64,000 nucleotides of DNA. It comes from an uncultured Planctomycetales bacterium (GTDB taxonomy: Bacteria; Omnitrophota; Gorgyraeia; Zapsychrales; Fredricksoniimonadaceae). The stretch is taken from assembly GCA_964572155.1 (NCBI GenBank), contig CAZNDZ010000003.1:266224-330223 (forward strand), given 5' to 3'. Within the stretch, counting starts at the first letter, position 1; each line of letters begins with the position of its first letter. This document shows positions 1 to 8,871 of this stretch, piece by piece. The position numbers and the translations under genes were made by a program. The notes below the pieces were generated by a model that saw only the letters and a list, made by a program, of their open reading frames with translations, was not told the DNA's origin and searched no databases.

Positions 1-121
1 ATTTCGTTTTAGTTTTTATGAGGCTGCGGATGTGAACTTAACATTTAGCCTGGTGATGATTTTTGTCTTCTTGGCTTTGTGTATCGTGGTCGTTAAATGG
101 ATGTTTAAGACGGGTTATCGA

Positions 122-610
122 TTAAAGAATTGATTTATTTTGTTCTAGTTCCAAGAGTTTGCGCTTGTTGGCAATACCCCCACCGTATCCACCAATGGTA
201 CCATCTGCAGCAATCACCCGATGGCATGGCACAATGATACAAAAAGGATTTTTACCATTCGCTGTTCCAACAGCACGCACCGCTTTAGGATTTTTAATAC
301 GCTTGGCGATGTCTTTATAGGATACCGTTTGACCAAAAGGTATTTTAGTTAACTGATGCCAAACGTGTTGTTGAAACGGTGTGCCAGAAAATGATAGGTT
401 GATATCAAACTGCTTTCTCTTGCCTGCGAAATATTCTTCCAATTGCGCGATAGTCTTAATCAATATTTTATCACTAGCGGTTCCCAATTGTAACGTGCGT
501 TTCAAAGACAGAGATTGCTTATCAAAGAATATGCCCTGCAATCCTGTATCGTTAGCTACCAGATAAAGCGGACCAACAGGTGATTTCATTTCATATTGAA
601 TCTGACTCAC
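122..610 (-). CDS. ogt: methylated-DNA--protein-cysteine methyltransferase (O6-alkylguanine DNA alkyltransferase)
   Basis: 162 aa. Active-site PCHRV motif and C-terminal HTH-like region typical of Ogt/MGMT. Confidence 0.9.
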   Translation of the reverse strand: MSQIQYEMKSPVGPLYLVANDTGLQGIFFDKQSLSLKRTLQLGTASDKILIKTIAQLEEYFAGKRKQFDINLSFSGTPFQQHVWHQLTKIPFGQTVSYKDIAKRIKNPKAVRAVGTANGKNPFCIIVPCHRVIAADGTIGGYGGGIANKRKLLELEQNKSIL

Positions 611-1143
611 TGTACTTTTCCCTCGGCAACGCTCTTAAGTTGCTCTAAACCTTTTTCAAATTGTTCACCGATCATCTTATCGCAATTAAAAACAAAGCCC
701 ATGGCCTTGCCAACAAAGTCGTTCTTTCCAAACATACTCCAGGTGACAATGGTTTGATTGCCTTGAGTTTTAAATTCAAAAGCTGCACCATTGGTGGCTT
801 TAAAAGGTTTTAGAAATTCTAGCCTTAAGTCAATGCGTTCATTGAGGCGGCTCTCAGTGATCGTTTCAATGCCTTCGCCAACCTGATCATTGCCTGACCA
901 CTTAAAAATAGCACCTGCGCCCGACGATGGACCTTCAAAAGTATTTTTGGCATTAGGATCCAACTTAGCCCAAGGTGACCAGTTCGCCCAATTGTGAAAA
1001 TCATTTACCTGTGCAAAAACAACATCCACAGGAGCTGTGATTGTGATTGAACGCTCATAATGAAAATTGTCTGGACGTAACGAAATCATATAAATCAAAA
1101 CACCCACCACAAGTGCTACTGTCATCAGAATTTTTTTGAGCAT
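607..1143 (-). CDS. SRPBCC-superfamily protein (polyketide cyclase/dehydrase-like) with N-terminal membrane anchor
   Basis: 178 aa. N-terminal hydrophobic helix then SRPBCC-like fold sequence. Overlaps ogt start by 4 nt, which suggests an operon. Confidence 0.55.
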   Translation of the reverse strand: MLKKILMTVALVVGVLIYMISLRPDNFHYERSITITAPVDVVFAQVNDFHNWANWSPWAKLDPNAKNTFEGPSSGAGAIFKWSGNDQVGEGIETITESRLNERIDLRLEFLKPFKATNGAAFEFKTQGNQTIVTWSMFGKNDFVGKAMGFVFNCDKMIGEQFEKGLEQLKSVAEGKVQ

Positions 1144-1191
1144 ATTTTCTCCCAGATTTTTTCTTCAATGTAATGGTAAATATTTTATTCG

Positions 1192-3057
1192 TCAAGAAGT
1201 CTTAGTGTCTAAATTAAAATCGGTGAGATCTTTGGGAGGAAATGCAGCGCGTAAGGCGTTTAGGACAGCGACCACATCGATGATTTCTTGACCGATGGCA
1301 CCTGCAACTGGCGTTAGATGACCTGTGGCAGCCAATAGCATGCCTAAGACCGATACAATCATGCCACCAACAGCGCTTTGTAGGGCAATTGCACGCATAC
1401 GTCGGCTAATGTGCATGAGCTCATCGACTTTGGCTAAAGAACTATCTAAGATCACAGCCCCTGCGGCTTCCGAGGTGATGTCACTATTTTGACCAAAAGC
1501 TATGCCAACCGTCGCAGCGGTTAAGGCGGGGGCATCATTAATACCATCGCCTAAGTACATGGTTGGGCCTTTGAGCGTTTCAGCGCGAACGATATCAATC
1601 TTCTCTTCCGGACTCTTTTCTGCATAAACAATATTTATGCCAACTTTTTGCGCTAAATATTTCACTTCACTTTCTCGATCCCCAGACACAATCATGACCC
1701 GATCAATTTGATGACGTGGATTTAGATGGTTAATAAAAGACTTACCTTCCACACGAGGCTCATCATGAAAACGAAAATGTGCGGCAAACTTATCATCGAT
1801 GACAAAAACACATTCTAGCCCACCGGATTGTTCAATGCCATTAAACCATGCGGCTTTGCCTTCTTTGATTAATAAAGCTCGACTTGTAATCAAAACCACA
1901 TGCCCCTCAACAACCCCTCGCAACCCTTGCCCTGGGGCTTCATTGATTTCCTTGACATCTATAAAACCAGCCCCTTCTTTCTTAGCAGCTTCAACAATGG
2001 CATGCGCTAAAGGATGTTTGGAATATTGTTCTAAACTAGCCGCATAGGTTAGCACTTGTTTTTTATCAAACCCGTTATAACAATTCACCTCTGTCACAAC
2101 CGGCCTGCCATAGGTCAACGTACCCGTCTTATCTAAGATAATGGTATGACATTGATCTATTTTTTCTAAAATAGCTGGATTTTTAATGATGATACCTCGA
2201 CGAGCACTCAGCGAAATGGAACCAATCACGGCAACAGGAATGGCAATTAATAAGGGACAGGGGGTTGCAATGACCAAGACACTTAAGAAGCGCATAGGAT
2301 CTTGTGTCGCCACCCACGCAACAATAGCGATCAATAAAGCAAGCGGTGTATAAATCGCACCCAGCTGATCGCCGAGGCGTTGAATATTCGGACGTTTCTC
2401 CTCTGCAGCGCGCATGACTTCCATGATCTTGGCATACCGCGAATCAATCGCACGCTTAACAGCTTTTATTGTTAGGGATGCTTCCCCATTAATCGCCCCC
2501 GACATAACAGATGAACCAACCACTTTTGAAATGATAAAAGGTTCACCGGTTAAATATGATTCATCCATGGCCCCATGCCCTTCGACAACCAAAGCATCGA
2601 CAGGACAAATCTCATGCGGGAACACAACTAGCTCATCGCCAATATTAATCTGGTCAATCGCAACATCCACAACACCATCTGCGCTCTTACGATGCGCTTT
2701 ATTTGGCATGCGCTTGGCCAAAGCCGCTAGCACCGACGAAGCACGGCGGATCGCAAAACTTTCCAAAGCCTCGCCACCCGACAACATCAACACAACCAAA
2801 CTACCAGCTAAATATTCGCCAAGCAAAACTGAAACAACAATGGAAATGCCTGCAAGCAAATCAGACCCAAATTGCCGGTTTAAAGCTTTTTTAATTAAAT
2901 CCAAAACCAATGGCGTCCCACCAAAACACAATGTGATCCACAGAGGCCAATTGGCTATTAGCACCGGTATTTTGAAACCATAGTGCATCAGTAAATAGAC
3001 ACAAATACCGACAACACTTAAAATAGCAATGTAGATGGAATATTTTTTATCATTCAT
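1192..3057 (-). CDS. P1B-type heavy-metal-translocating P-type ATPase lacking N-terminal metal-binding domain (P1B-4-like)
   Basis: 621 aa. DKTGTLT phosphorylation motif and GDGINDAPAL hinge. TM6 has TPCP (CPx/SPC-like) motif. There is no HMA/MBD N-terminus and only about 6 predicted TM helices. Confidence 0.8.
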   Translation of the reverse strand: MNDKKYSIYIAILSVVGICVYLLMHYGFKIPVLIANWPLWITLCFGGTPLVLDLIKKALNRQFGSDLLAGISIVVSVLLGEYLAGSLVVLMLSGGEALESFAIRRASSVLAALAKRMPNKAHRKSADGVVDVAIDQINIGDELVVFPHEICPVDALVVEGHGAMDESYLTGEPFIISKVVGSSVMSGAINGEASLTIKAVKRAIDSRYAKIMEVMRAAEEKRPNIQRLGDQLGAIYTPLALLIAIVAWVATQDPMRFLSVLVIATPCPLLIAIPVAVIGSISLSARRGIIIKNPAILEKIDQCHTIILDKTGTLTYGRPVVTEVNCYNGFDKKQVLTYAASLEQYSKHPLAHAIVEAAKKEGAGFIDVKEINEAPGQGLRGVVEGHVVLITSRALLIKEGKAAWFNGIEQSGGLECVFVIDDKFAAHFRFHDEPRVEGKSFINHLNPRHQIDRVMIVSGDRESEVKYLAQKVGINIVYAEKSPEEKIDIVRAETLKGPTMYLGDGINDAPALTAATVGIAFGQNSDITSEAAGAVILDSSLAKVDELMHISRRMRAIALQSAVGGMIVSVLGMLLAATGHLTPVAGAIGQEIIDVVAVLNALRAAFPPKDLTDFNLDTKTS

Positions 3058-3141
3058 ATAATGATTATACGCTTATTTGTGACTTTAGGGTAATTAAGGC
3101 AACCAGTGCTTTTTCTGCAGCGTACTCTTGATATAGCCATA

Positions 3142-3798
3142 TCATAAGGCATACCCTTTTTGATTCAAATGGATTTGATCGTCGGCATACACATCCGTTA
3201 AATCCGCACGCTTATTGTTGGTGATGATATCAATATAAGCCACGCGATCATCCTGTGCCTTCATATAAATATCACGCAATGTTAACGTGCGCTGTGTGAA
3301 TATAAATGACAAAGGCCACAAGAACATTTTAGAATCGCCAATGTCTCCGCTATGCAAGATCACAATATGTGTGGCGATGTTTTTAGCCAAAGCTAAAACA
3401 CGCTGATGTTCAAGGCGAACCCTAGACCATGGTGTGAAATACAAAATATCGTTGCCGCCAATGTGAAAAACTGCCAGATTAAATTTCTGACCTTGCAAGG
3501 ATTGTAAAACCTCAATCAAATCTTTGAGCGGCATGCCATTAACGCTATGATTCTCGACGTGAACATCTGGGTAATCTTGGCTAAACAATCCAGACGTACT
3601 AAACCGATTATCTGTTAATCCTGTACCAACCGCGGTACTGTCTCCTGCAAATAAAACTCTAAACGACGCATCAGGTTTTAGATTCTGCCAAGGCTTTAAT
3701 TGGAGGTTTACGCGTTGTTTGTAGGAATGAATGATGGCCATCTGCAGGGCAACAAAAACCGCCATCACCGCTAAGAAGATCACTACTTGCTCATGCAT
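3142..3798 (-). CDS. SGNH/GDSL-family hydrolase, membrane anchored
   Basis: 218 aa. N-terminal TM helix. FAGDS block I and GGNDIL block III of the SGNH hydrolase family. Confidence 0.6.
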   Translation of the reverse strand: MHEQVVIFLAVMAVFVALQMAIIHSYKQRVNLQLKPWQNLKPDASFRVLFAGDSTAVGTGLTDNRFSTSGLFSQDYPDVHVENHSVNGMPLKDLIEVLQSLQGQKFNLAVFHIGGNDILYFTPWSRVRLEHQRVLALAKNIATHIVILHSGDIGDSKMFLWPLSFIFTQRTLTLRDIYMKAQDDRVAYIDIITNNKRADLTDVYADDQIHLNQKGYAL

Positions 3799-4178
3799 TC
3801 TTTTAGATGGGTATCAATGCCAATGATGTGATTTGTAATCCATTGCTCGATAAAGTGATGCATGTCCATAAAGAAATCTTTTTCAAACTTCCCTGATTCA
3901 AAGACCTTCTTATACTCTTCGACTTTAACCAAGAACATTTGATGGGACATTTTATTTTTCTGTTCAACAGGGCATTTACTAGCGTGCATACAGCCTTCTT
4001 CAAAACGAAAATGGGCTTTGGCGTATGACTCCAACATGCCAAAACTCTTTTCTAAATAATGCGCACCTTTGCCTTCTTGAATAATGATCTCAAAATCGTT
4101 AAAGAAGTCAAAAAGCAATTTATGTTGCCGATCAATGGCTTCATTTCCAGTTGAGTAAGCTTCATTCCATTCAATCAT
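3783..4178 (-). CDS. hemerythrin-like metal-binding protein (bacteriohemerythrin)
   Basis: 131 aa. W-x-STG-x-IDxQH N-terminal signature, HFxxEE and HxxxH/WxxxHI iron-ligand motifs of the hemerythrin domain. Confidence 0.75.
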   Translation of the reverse strand: MIEWNEAYSTGNEAIDRQHKLLFDFFNDFEIIIQEGKGAHYLEKSFGMLESYAKAHFRFEEGCMHASKCPVEQKNKMSHQMFLVKVEEYKKVFESGKFEKDFFMDMHHFIEQWITNHIIGIDTHLKECMSK

Positions 4179-4196
4179 TGCTTTGACCTTTCTAGA

Positions 4197-5711
4197 TTAG
4201 CCGCCACCTGTGTGACAATCGATGCAATTCATCGTCTTCCAAGAATCATCATCTTCGAATGGATGCAAAAAGTCAAGGCCATCAGCATTTTTCTGAATGT
4301 TTTCATCCGAACCTTGTTGTGTTATGGTGTGGCAAATCTTACAATCACGCGAAATAACACCACCACTTTTACTCTTATGTTCTTCATCATGACAACGGAA
4401 ACATCCATTTGATATCATATGACCTGTATTGTCAGGATACACATCCCAACGCGCCTTCATTGCTGGGAAAAAATTTTGTTTGTAAATGGACTTAACCACA
4501 TCAACGGCTTCTTGAATTGTCTTTTGATTTGAATTATAAAACTCTGTTTGGCTTTTGGCATAATACTTAACCAAACTTGAATCTATTTTATCCATTGCTT
4601 CTTTCTCGTCTAGATATTCCTTAGATAGCACTTCAACTGCTTTACCCTTAATCATGGGAATCGATGATTTAAGTTTACCTTCTTCTAAAGCTTGATTGAT
4701 TAACACAACTGGCGCTTGATAATGATGGGCTGGACGATTATGACAATCCATACAATCCATCTTTCTTATCTTAGAAGAATCTGGTTCTTTGTCTTTATAT
4801 GGAGAATCTGGTGATGTGTAAATAGTTTCTTGTCCAACCTTACTAATGCTTTTAACCCAAGAAATTTTCTGACGTTTATCATCATCTGCCACATAATAAA
4901 TGTCGTTATTATTATACATGTGTGCATGTATTCCCGACTGTGTATCCCCTTTACCACTAACATGCATCAACATCTTAATAGACCACTTCGACGTCTTTGA
5001 TGGGTCATCAGCAAAATAGGTCTTTTTAACTTCAATGGCATTAAAAGATTTGCCTGGCCAATGACATTGTTCACAAATTTCCCTTGATGGACGCATGCTT
5101 GTCACGGGAGCAGGGATTGGTTTAGCATAATCGCCTTTTATGGTCTTTGCAAACATGCGCACACCCGCCATCTTATAATGCACATAAGAACCTGCCCCTG
5201 ATCCTATATGACACTGCACACAATTAACACGTGCGTGAGGTGATTGCCCATGCACAATAAATTCTGGCTCCATGATCTGATGACATGTAGCCCCACAAAA
5301 ATGATTTGATTCCGTATAATGATACGCCTTATAGGAGCCAATAGCCGTCATCAACATCACAACGACCGTCACAATCACAAATATGATAAATGCGTTTTGA
5401 TGTTCAGGGATTGAAAGATCAATATGAATCGCCCGTGGCTTACTATCAGCAAGCCCCTTGAGGACCCGTCGATGTTTCCAACGCGCGCCTACTGGAATCA
5501 AAATTAAACCAAGGATTAAAAACGGGGGCAAAATAAGGTAGGTTATGATGCCTAAATAATCATTATGTGTAGGTGCTAAGAAATCCACCCAAAACAAAAT
5601 TGTTTCACAAACGAGAACTACAATGGATAACGCTACACCTGCGTAGGTTATCACATTGTAGAAATCGTCGGAAAAACGTTGTTTCTTCGGTTTAGGATGA
5701 TGCTGCGTCAT
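4197..5711 (-). CDS. inner-membrane multiheme c-type cytochrome, ImcH-like (3 TM helices, NapC/NirT-like first heme after TM3, 7 heme motifs)
   Basis: 504 aa. Three N-terminal hydrophobic helices. Heme motifs are CGATCH (CX3CH), CVQCH, CEQCH, CMDCH, CFRCH, CKICH and CIDCH. The size, TM count and heme count match Geobacter ImcH-type quinol-oxidising cytochromes. Confidence 0.7.
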   Translation of the reverse strand: MTQHHPKPKKQRFSDDFYNVITYAGVALSIVVLVCETILFWVDFLAPTHNDYLGIITYLILPPFLILGLILIPVGARWKHRRVLKGLADSKPRAIHIDLSIPEHQNAFIIFVIVTVVVMLMTAIGSYKAYHYTESNHFCGATCHQIMEPEFIVHGQSPHARVNCVQCHIGSGAGSYVHYKMAGVRMFAKTIKGDYAKPIPAPVTSMRPSREICEQCHWPGKSFNAIEVKKTYFADDPSKTSKWSIKMLMHVSGKGDTQSGIHAHMYNNNDIYYVADDDKRQKISWVKSISKVGQETIYTSPDSPYKDKEPDSSKIRKMDCMDCHNRPAHHYQAPVVLINQALEEGKLKSSIPMIKGKAVEVLSKEYLDEKEAMDKIDSSLVKYYAKSQTEFYNSNQKTIQEAVDVVKSIYKQNFFPAMKARWDVYPDNTGHMISNGCFRCHDEEHKSKSGGVISRDCKICHTITQQGSDENIQKNADGLDFLHPFEDDDSWKTMNCIDCHTGGG

Positions 5712-5722
5712 AAATAATTAAT

Positions 5723-7792
5723 TTACCATAATAATTTTGCATCCAGCCAAACCACATGCGCACTATAACTACCGTTATCTGCATCTTGATTTGTACGATA
5801 TGAATAATAACTATAGTGTGGTTCTAAAGAGAAACTCTTATTGACATTCCATGCTAAACCCATGGTCATATCATAACTTTTATTATCAGCCCCATAAGGT
5901 TGAAGTGATGAGGTTGTTACATCATTAAAGTTATCAATGATTGTATATTGATAAGAACTATTTAAACTCAATTTCTCATTAATCACATAACTGGCAGATG
6001 CAAGCCAGCTATTAGAATTAGATTCAAATGACGGGATCTGTGTTGAGCTTACGGAACCCGCACGTGTTTTAACATCTGAAAAATCCTGAGAAAACGATAA
6101 CGTCACAAACAATGGGTCAATGGGTTGAAGATTAAGATCATAGGTAAAGATATTACTTAATCCTCGAGACTTTGTTTCTGGTTCATTCTCAACCCGTGGC
6201 ATGTAGCGATTGCTGATTAATTTATAACGAACCACACCTTCCACTCTGGAAATAGGCTTCCATGCAATCTTGGCCGAAGCTTCATCACCCTTGGTCTTCA
6301 AAGCATCCATGAATGCTGATTTCGAACCAGAACTATACGTGGTTTCCATGATATCGTCATAATCATTAACACTTAATTTATGACGCACTTGGGTTGTAAT
6401 ATTGACCGACTTTGTTGGAACAATACGAGCCCCAGCTGTAAAGACAGTGTTTTGAATATTTGTCCGTGTCTCCCGGCCTAATTGTTCTCCAGCCTCTGCA
6501 GATGATTGACCTGCAATGCTGTTGCGTTCTTCTGCCAACCAATTCCTTGTTTGTTCTAATTCAACTTCACTATACAAACTAGTTTTAGGAAGTCCGTTGT
6601 AACGCAAGGAGAAGTTCTCGCCAAAACGGTAGATTTTATTTTCAGTATTGCTAACATCCGTTGTATTGATAATCCCATCTGGCGTATTGGCTGTTGTGTC
6701 ATGTGGATACGTTGAAACGCCACGTCGACCAATGACTTCAGATTTAAACTTAGAAATGAAACTTAAAGTACTGGTTAACGATGACATAAAACTTGCTACC
6801 GTTGTATGTGCCTTATATTTATTATTCGCAGATGCATTAACCGCACTCTTTGGGTTAGAGTAATTAAATGGCGTGCCGTCCGCTTTATATTCGGTAATAT
6901 TCTCAAGCTCACTGGCATCCATATTGCTAAAGCGATACCCTAAAGATACATAATTCTTATCATCTAGAAACCAGCGATCCCCTTTAAATGTCGTTGTAAA
7001 TAAATCTGACTGAGGTTCTTGCCATTGTCGACGCATTTTTGTGTCTGATGTTAAACCACCGGCAGAAGATATGCTCTTTTCTTCACGTAAACTTTGGGCA
7101 TGAAAAAATTCAAACTTTTGCTCACCAGATACATGAATGCCAGCCACTTCTCCATTGGACTTTAGTGCAACAGAATCAGTCACTTCTTGCACATCTTGCC
7201 ATGATGGTCCTATATCACGCGTTGTTGCCCCTGCTTTAACAGCAGTCCACGCGAGACGGGATTTGCGCCCATCTTTGGTATGGCGTTCAAAAGCTAAGCC
7301 AACACCTGGTTCATCTGGCGTCTTTGTCCCGACCTCAACTAAAAAATGCTGCATATCCATTTTTAAATCATCGCCTAAAGTCGTAACACGCATGTTGGTA
7401 AATGGATAATATACACCGCCTGTTCCGTCGTAATACTTACGAAATGAAGTGTAGTCTGTTTTTAAATACCCTAAACTGTCTTTGCTTAATTTCAACTCAA
7501 CAGCATTGTCATAATCATTAGGCAAAGAATGTCCTTCTAAGGACACATGTGTATCTTTATTCACCGTCTTATCAACAATTAATTCTTTTAAACCATACGA
7601 TGTGCCATCATTCATCCATTGCATGGCTCTAAACTTCTGCGCATCTCCTTTTACCGTTGCAAATTGAAACGGCATGATGTTGACAATCACAGGATTTGGT
7701 ACTTCCTGCGCATGCACATTAAAAGCGCTTAAACTCGCTATCATGACACTTGATACAACACTCTTTGTAATTTTATTTTTAGCGATTTTCAT
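5723..7792 (-). CDS. outer-membrane beta-barrel protein, porin-cytochrome-complex type (MtrB/PioB/MtoB-like candidate)
   Basis: 689 aa. Cleavable signal peptide (ends AQ), alternating amphipathic beta-strand pattern throughout, C-terminal aromatic residue (LLW). Sits directly downstream of a periplasmic multiheme cytochrome, as in mtrAB/pioAB. Confidence 0.6.
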   Translation of the reverse strand: MKIAKNKITKSVVSSVMIASLSAFNVHAQEVPNPVIVNIMPFQFATVKGDAQKFRAMQWMNDGTSYGLKELIVDKTVNKDTHVSLEGHSLPNDYDNAVELKLSKDSLGYLKTDYTSFRKYYDGTGGVYYPFTNMRVTTLGDDLKMDMQHFLVEVGTKTPDEPGVGLAFERHTKDGRKSRLAWTAVKAGATTRDIGPSWQDVQEVTDSVALKSNGEVAGIHVSGEQKFEFFHAQSLREEKSISSAGGLTSDTKMRRQWQEPQSDLFTTTFKGDRWFLDDKNYVSLGYRFSNMDASELENITEYKADGTPFNYSNPKSAVNASANNKYKAHTTVASFMSSLTSTLSFISKFKSEVIGRRGVSTYPHDTTANTPDGIINTTDVSNTENKIYRFGENFSLRYNGLPKTSLYSEVELEQTRNWLAEERNSIAGQSSAEAGEQLGRETRTNIQNTVFTAGARIVPTKSVNITTQVRHKLSVNDYDDIMETTYSSGSKSAFMDALKTKGDEASAKIAWKPISRVEGVVRYKLISNRYMPRVENEPETKSRGLSNIFTYDLNLQPIDPLFVTLSFSQDFSDVKTRAGSVSSTQIPSFESNSNSWLASASYVINEKLSLNSSYQYTIIDNFNDVTTSSLQPYGADNKSYDMTMGLAWNVNKSFSLEPHYSYYSYRTNQDADNGSYSAHVVWLDAKLLW

Positions 7793-7809
7793 ACCGCTCT
7801 CCTTTAGCC

Positions 7810-8553
7810 TTAATACCGTAAATGGTCATCAAAATTCGATCCATGAACTGCCGTGTGACATCCGCCACTAAAACAACTCCCTTGAGCCAAACGACTTGCA
7901 TGATTTGACTTACCAATCGTTGGATATAGAATTTGTGTATGGCACCTTAAACACAAGTTTGAATCCTTTGCGATGAGCATCTTATCGTTAACGGAACCAT
8001 GCACCTTGTGGCATGTTGTACAACCATCACGCGCAGCTTCATGCTCCCAGACAAAAGGACCTTCTTGCTCTTTATGGCATTTAAAACACGCTTGATTGAC
8101 ATCATTAAATGACGTTGCACTCCAAGGCTTGGCTTCTTCACCATGAGCACTATGACAATCAGTACATGTCATTTTTCCTTCTAATACAGGATGGCGATAT
8201 GGTAATTTGAATTCGGCTTTCTTCTCGGTATGGCATGTGAAACAAACATCCGGATTCTTTTTGGGATTGATGATGTTATCCTTACCACCAGACGCATCGG
8301 CATGTATGCTACCTGGCCCATGGCACATTTCACAACCCTGTGCGGTTCCTTCATTCTTATCATTTGAAATACGTGAGTGCGTCGACAAAGTAAATTGTTT
8401 GAATTCTTTATCGTGACACGTTGCACATGTTTCTGTGCCAACATATGTCGCCGTCTTATACAACTCTCGTGCTTTATCATCTAACGCATAGGCTGGTTTA
8501 CAAAAAACCAGAAATAAACTTAAAACAATAAATAATAAATGTTTTATCTTCAT
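7810..8553 (-). CDS. periplasmic octaheme c-type cytochrome (MtrA/MtoA/OmaB-like partner of the beta-barrel)
   Basis: 247 aa. Signal peptide. Seven CXXCH motifs (CATCH, CEMCH, CFTCH, CTDCH, CFKCH, CTTCH, CLRCH) plus a C-terminal CFSGGCH (CX4CH). About 30 aa per heme. Confidence 0.8.
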   Translation of the reverse strand: MKIKHLLFIVLSLFLVFCKPAYALDDKARELYKTATYVGTETCATCHDKEFKQFTLSTHSRISNDKNEGTAQGCEMCHGPGSIHADASGGKDNIINPKKNPDVCFTCHTEKKAEFKLPYRHPVLEGKMTCTDCHSAHGEEAKPWSATSFNDVNQACFKCHKEQEGPFVWEHEAARDGCTTCHKVHGSVNDKMLIAKDSNLCLRCHTQILYPTIGKSNHASRLAQGSCFSGGCHTAVHGSNFDDHLRY

Positions 8554-8571
8554 ACTCCCCCCAATCCCTGT

Positions 8572-8871
8572 TTACTTCGCCTCGGGTTTAAAATCTTCAA
8601 TCTTGCCAACTGCTTTATACGTCTCTGCAGTTATTTCTTCTGCTTTTGCTTTAACGGCATTACCGTATTCATTTAATTCATGCTGGCCATCGTCCTTCTT
8701 TGGCTTTTCTTGAACATGGCATTCGATGCATTTTGGTTTTGCTTCTGGAAATGCTTCCTTATATTTCTTGATTTCTTTAAGATCAGCATGCGCTGGAATA
8801 ATACCATTTAAGATAAATAAAACTGCACCAACGATAACTAAACCATTAAACTTTACTTGTTGTTCTTTCAT
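8572..8871 (-). CDS. membrane-anchored monoheme cytochrome c (MtoD-like periplasmic shuttle candidate)
   Basis: 99 aa. N-terminal signal anchor and a single CIECH heme motif. Confidence 0.7.
   Translation of the reverse strand: MKEQQVKFNGLVIVGAVLFILNGIIPAHADLKEIKKYKEAFPEAKPKCIECHVQEKPKKDDGQHELNEYGNAVKAKAEEITAETYKAVGKIEDFKPEAK

Noticed and set aside
381-2983. Plus-strand ORFs inside ogt and the P1B ATPase gene (381-566, 1799-2047, 2414-2983, 2703-2894)
   Set aside because: They lie antisense within strong minus-strand genes, have low-complexity Ser/Pro/Thr-rich translations and no SD or start context, so they are shadow ORFs.
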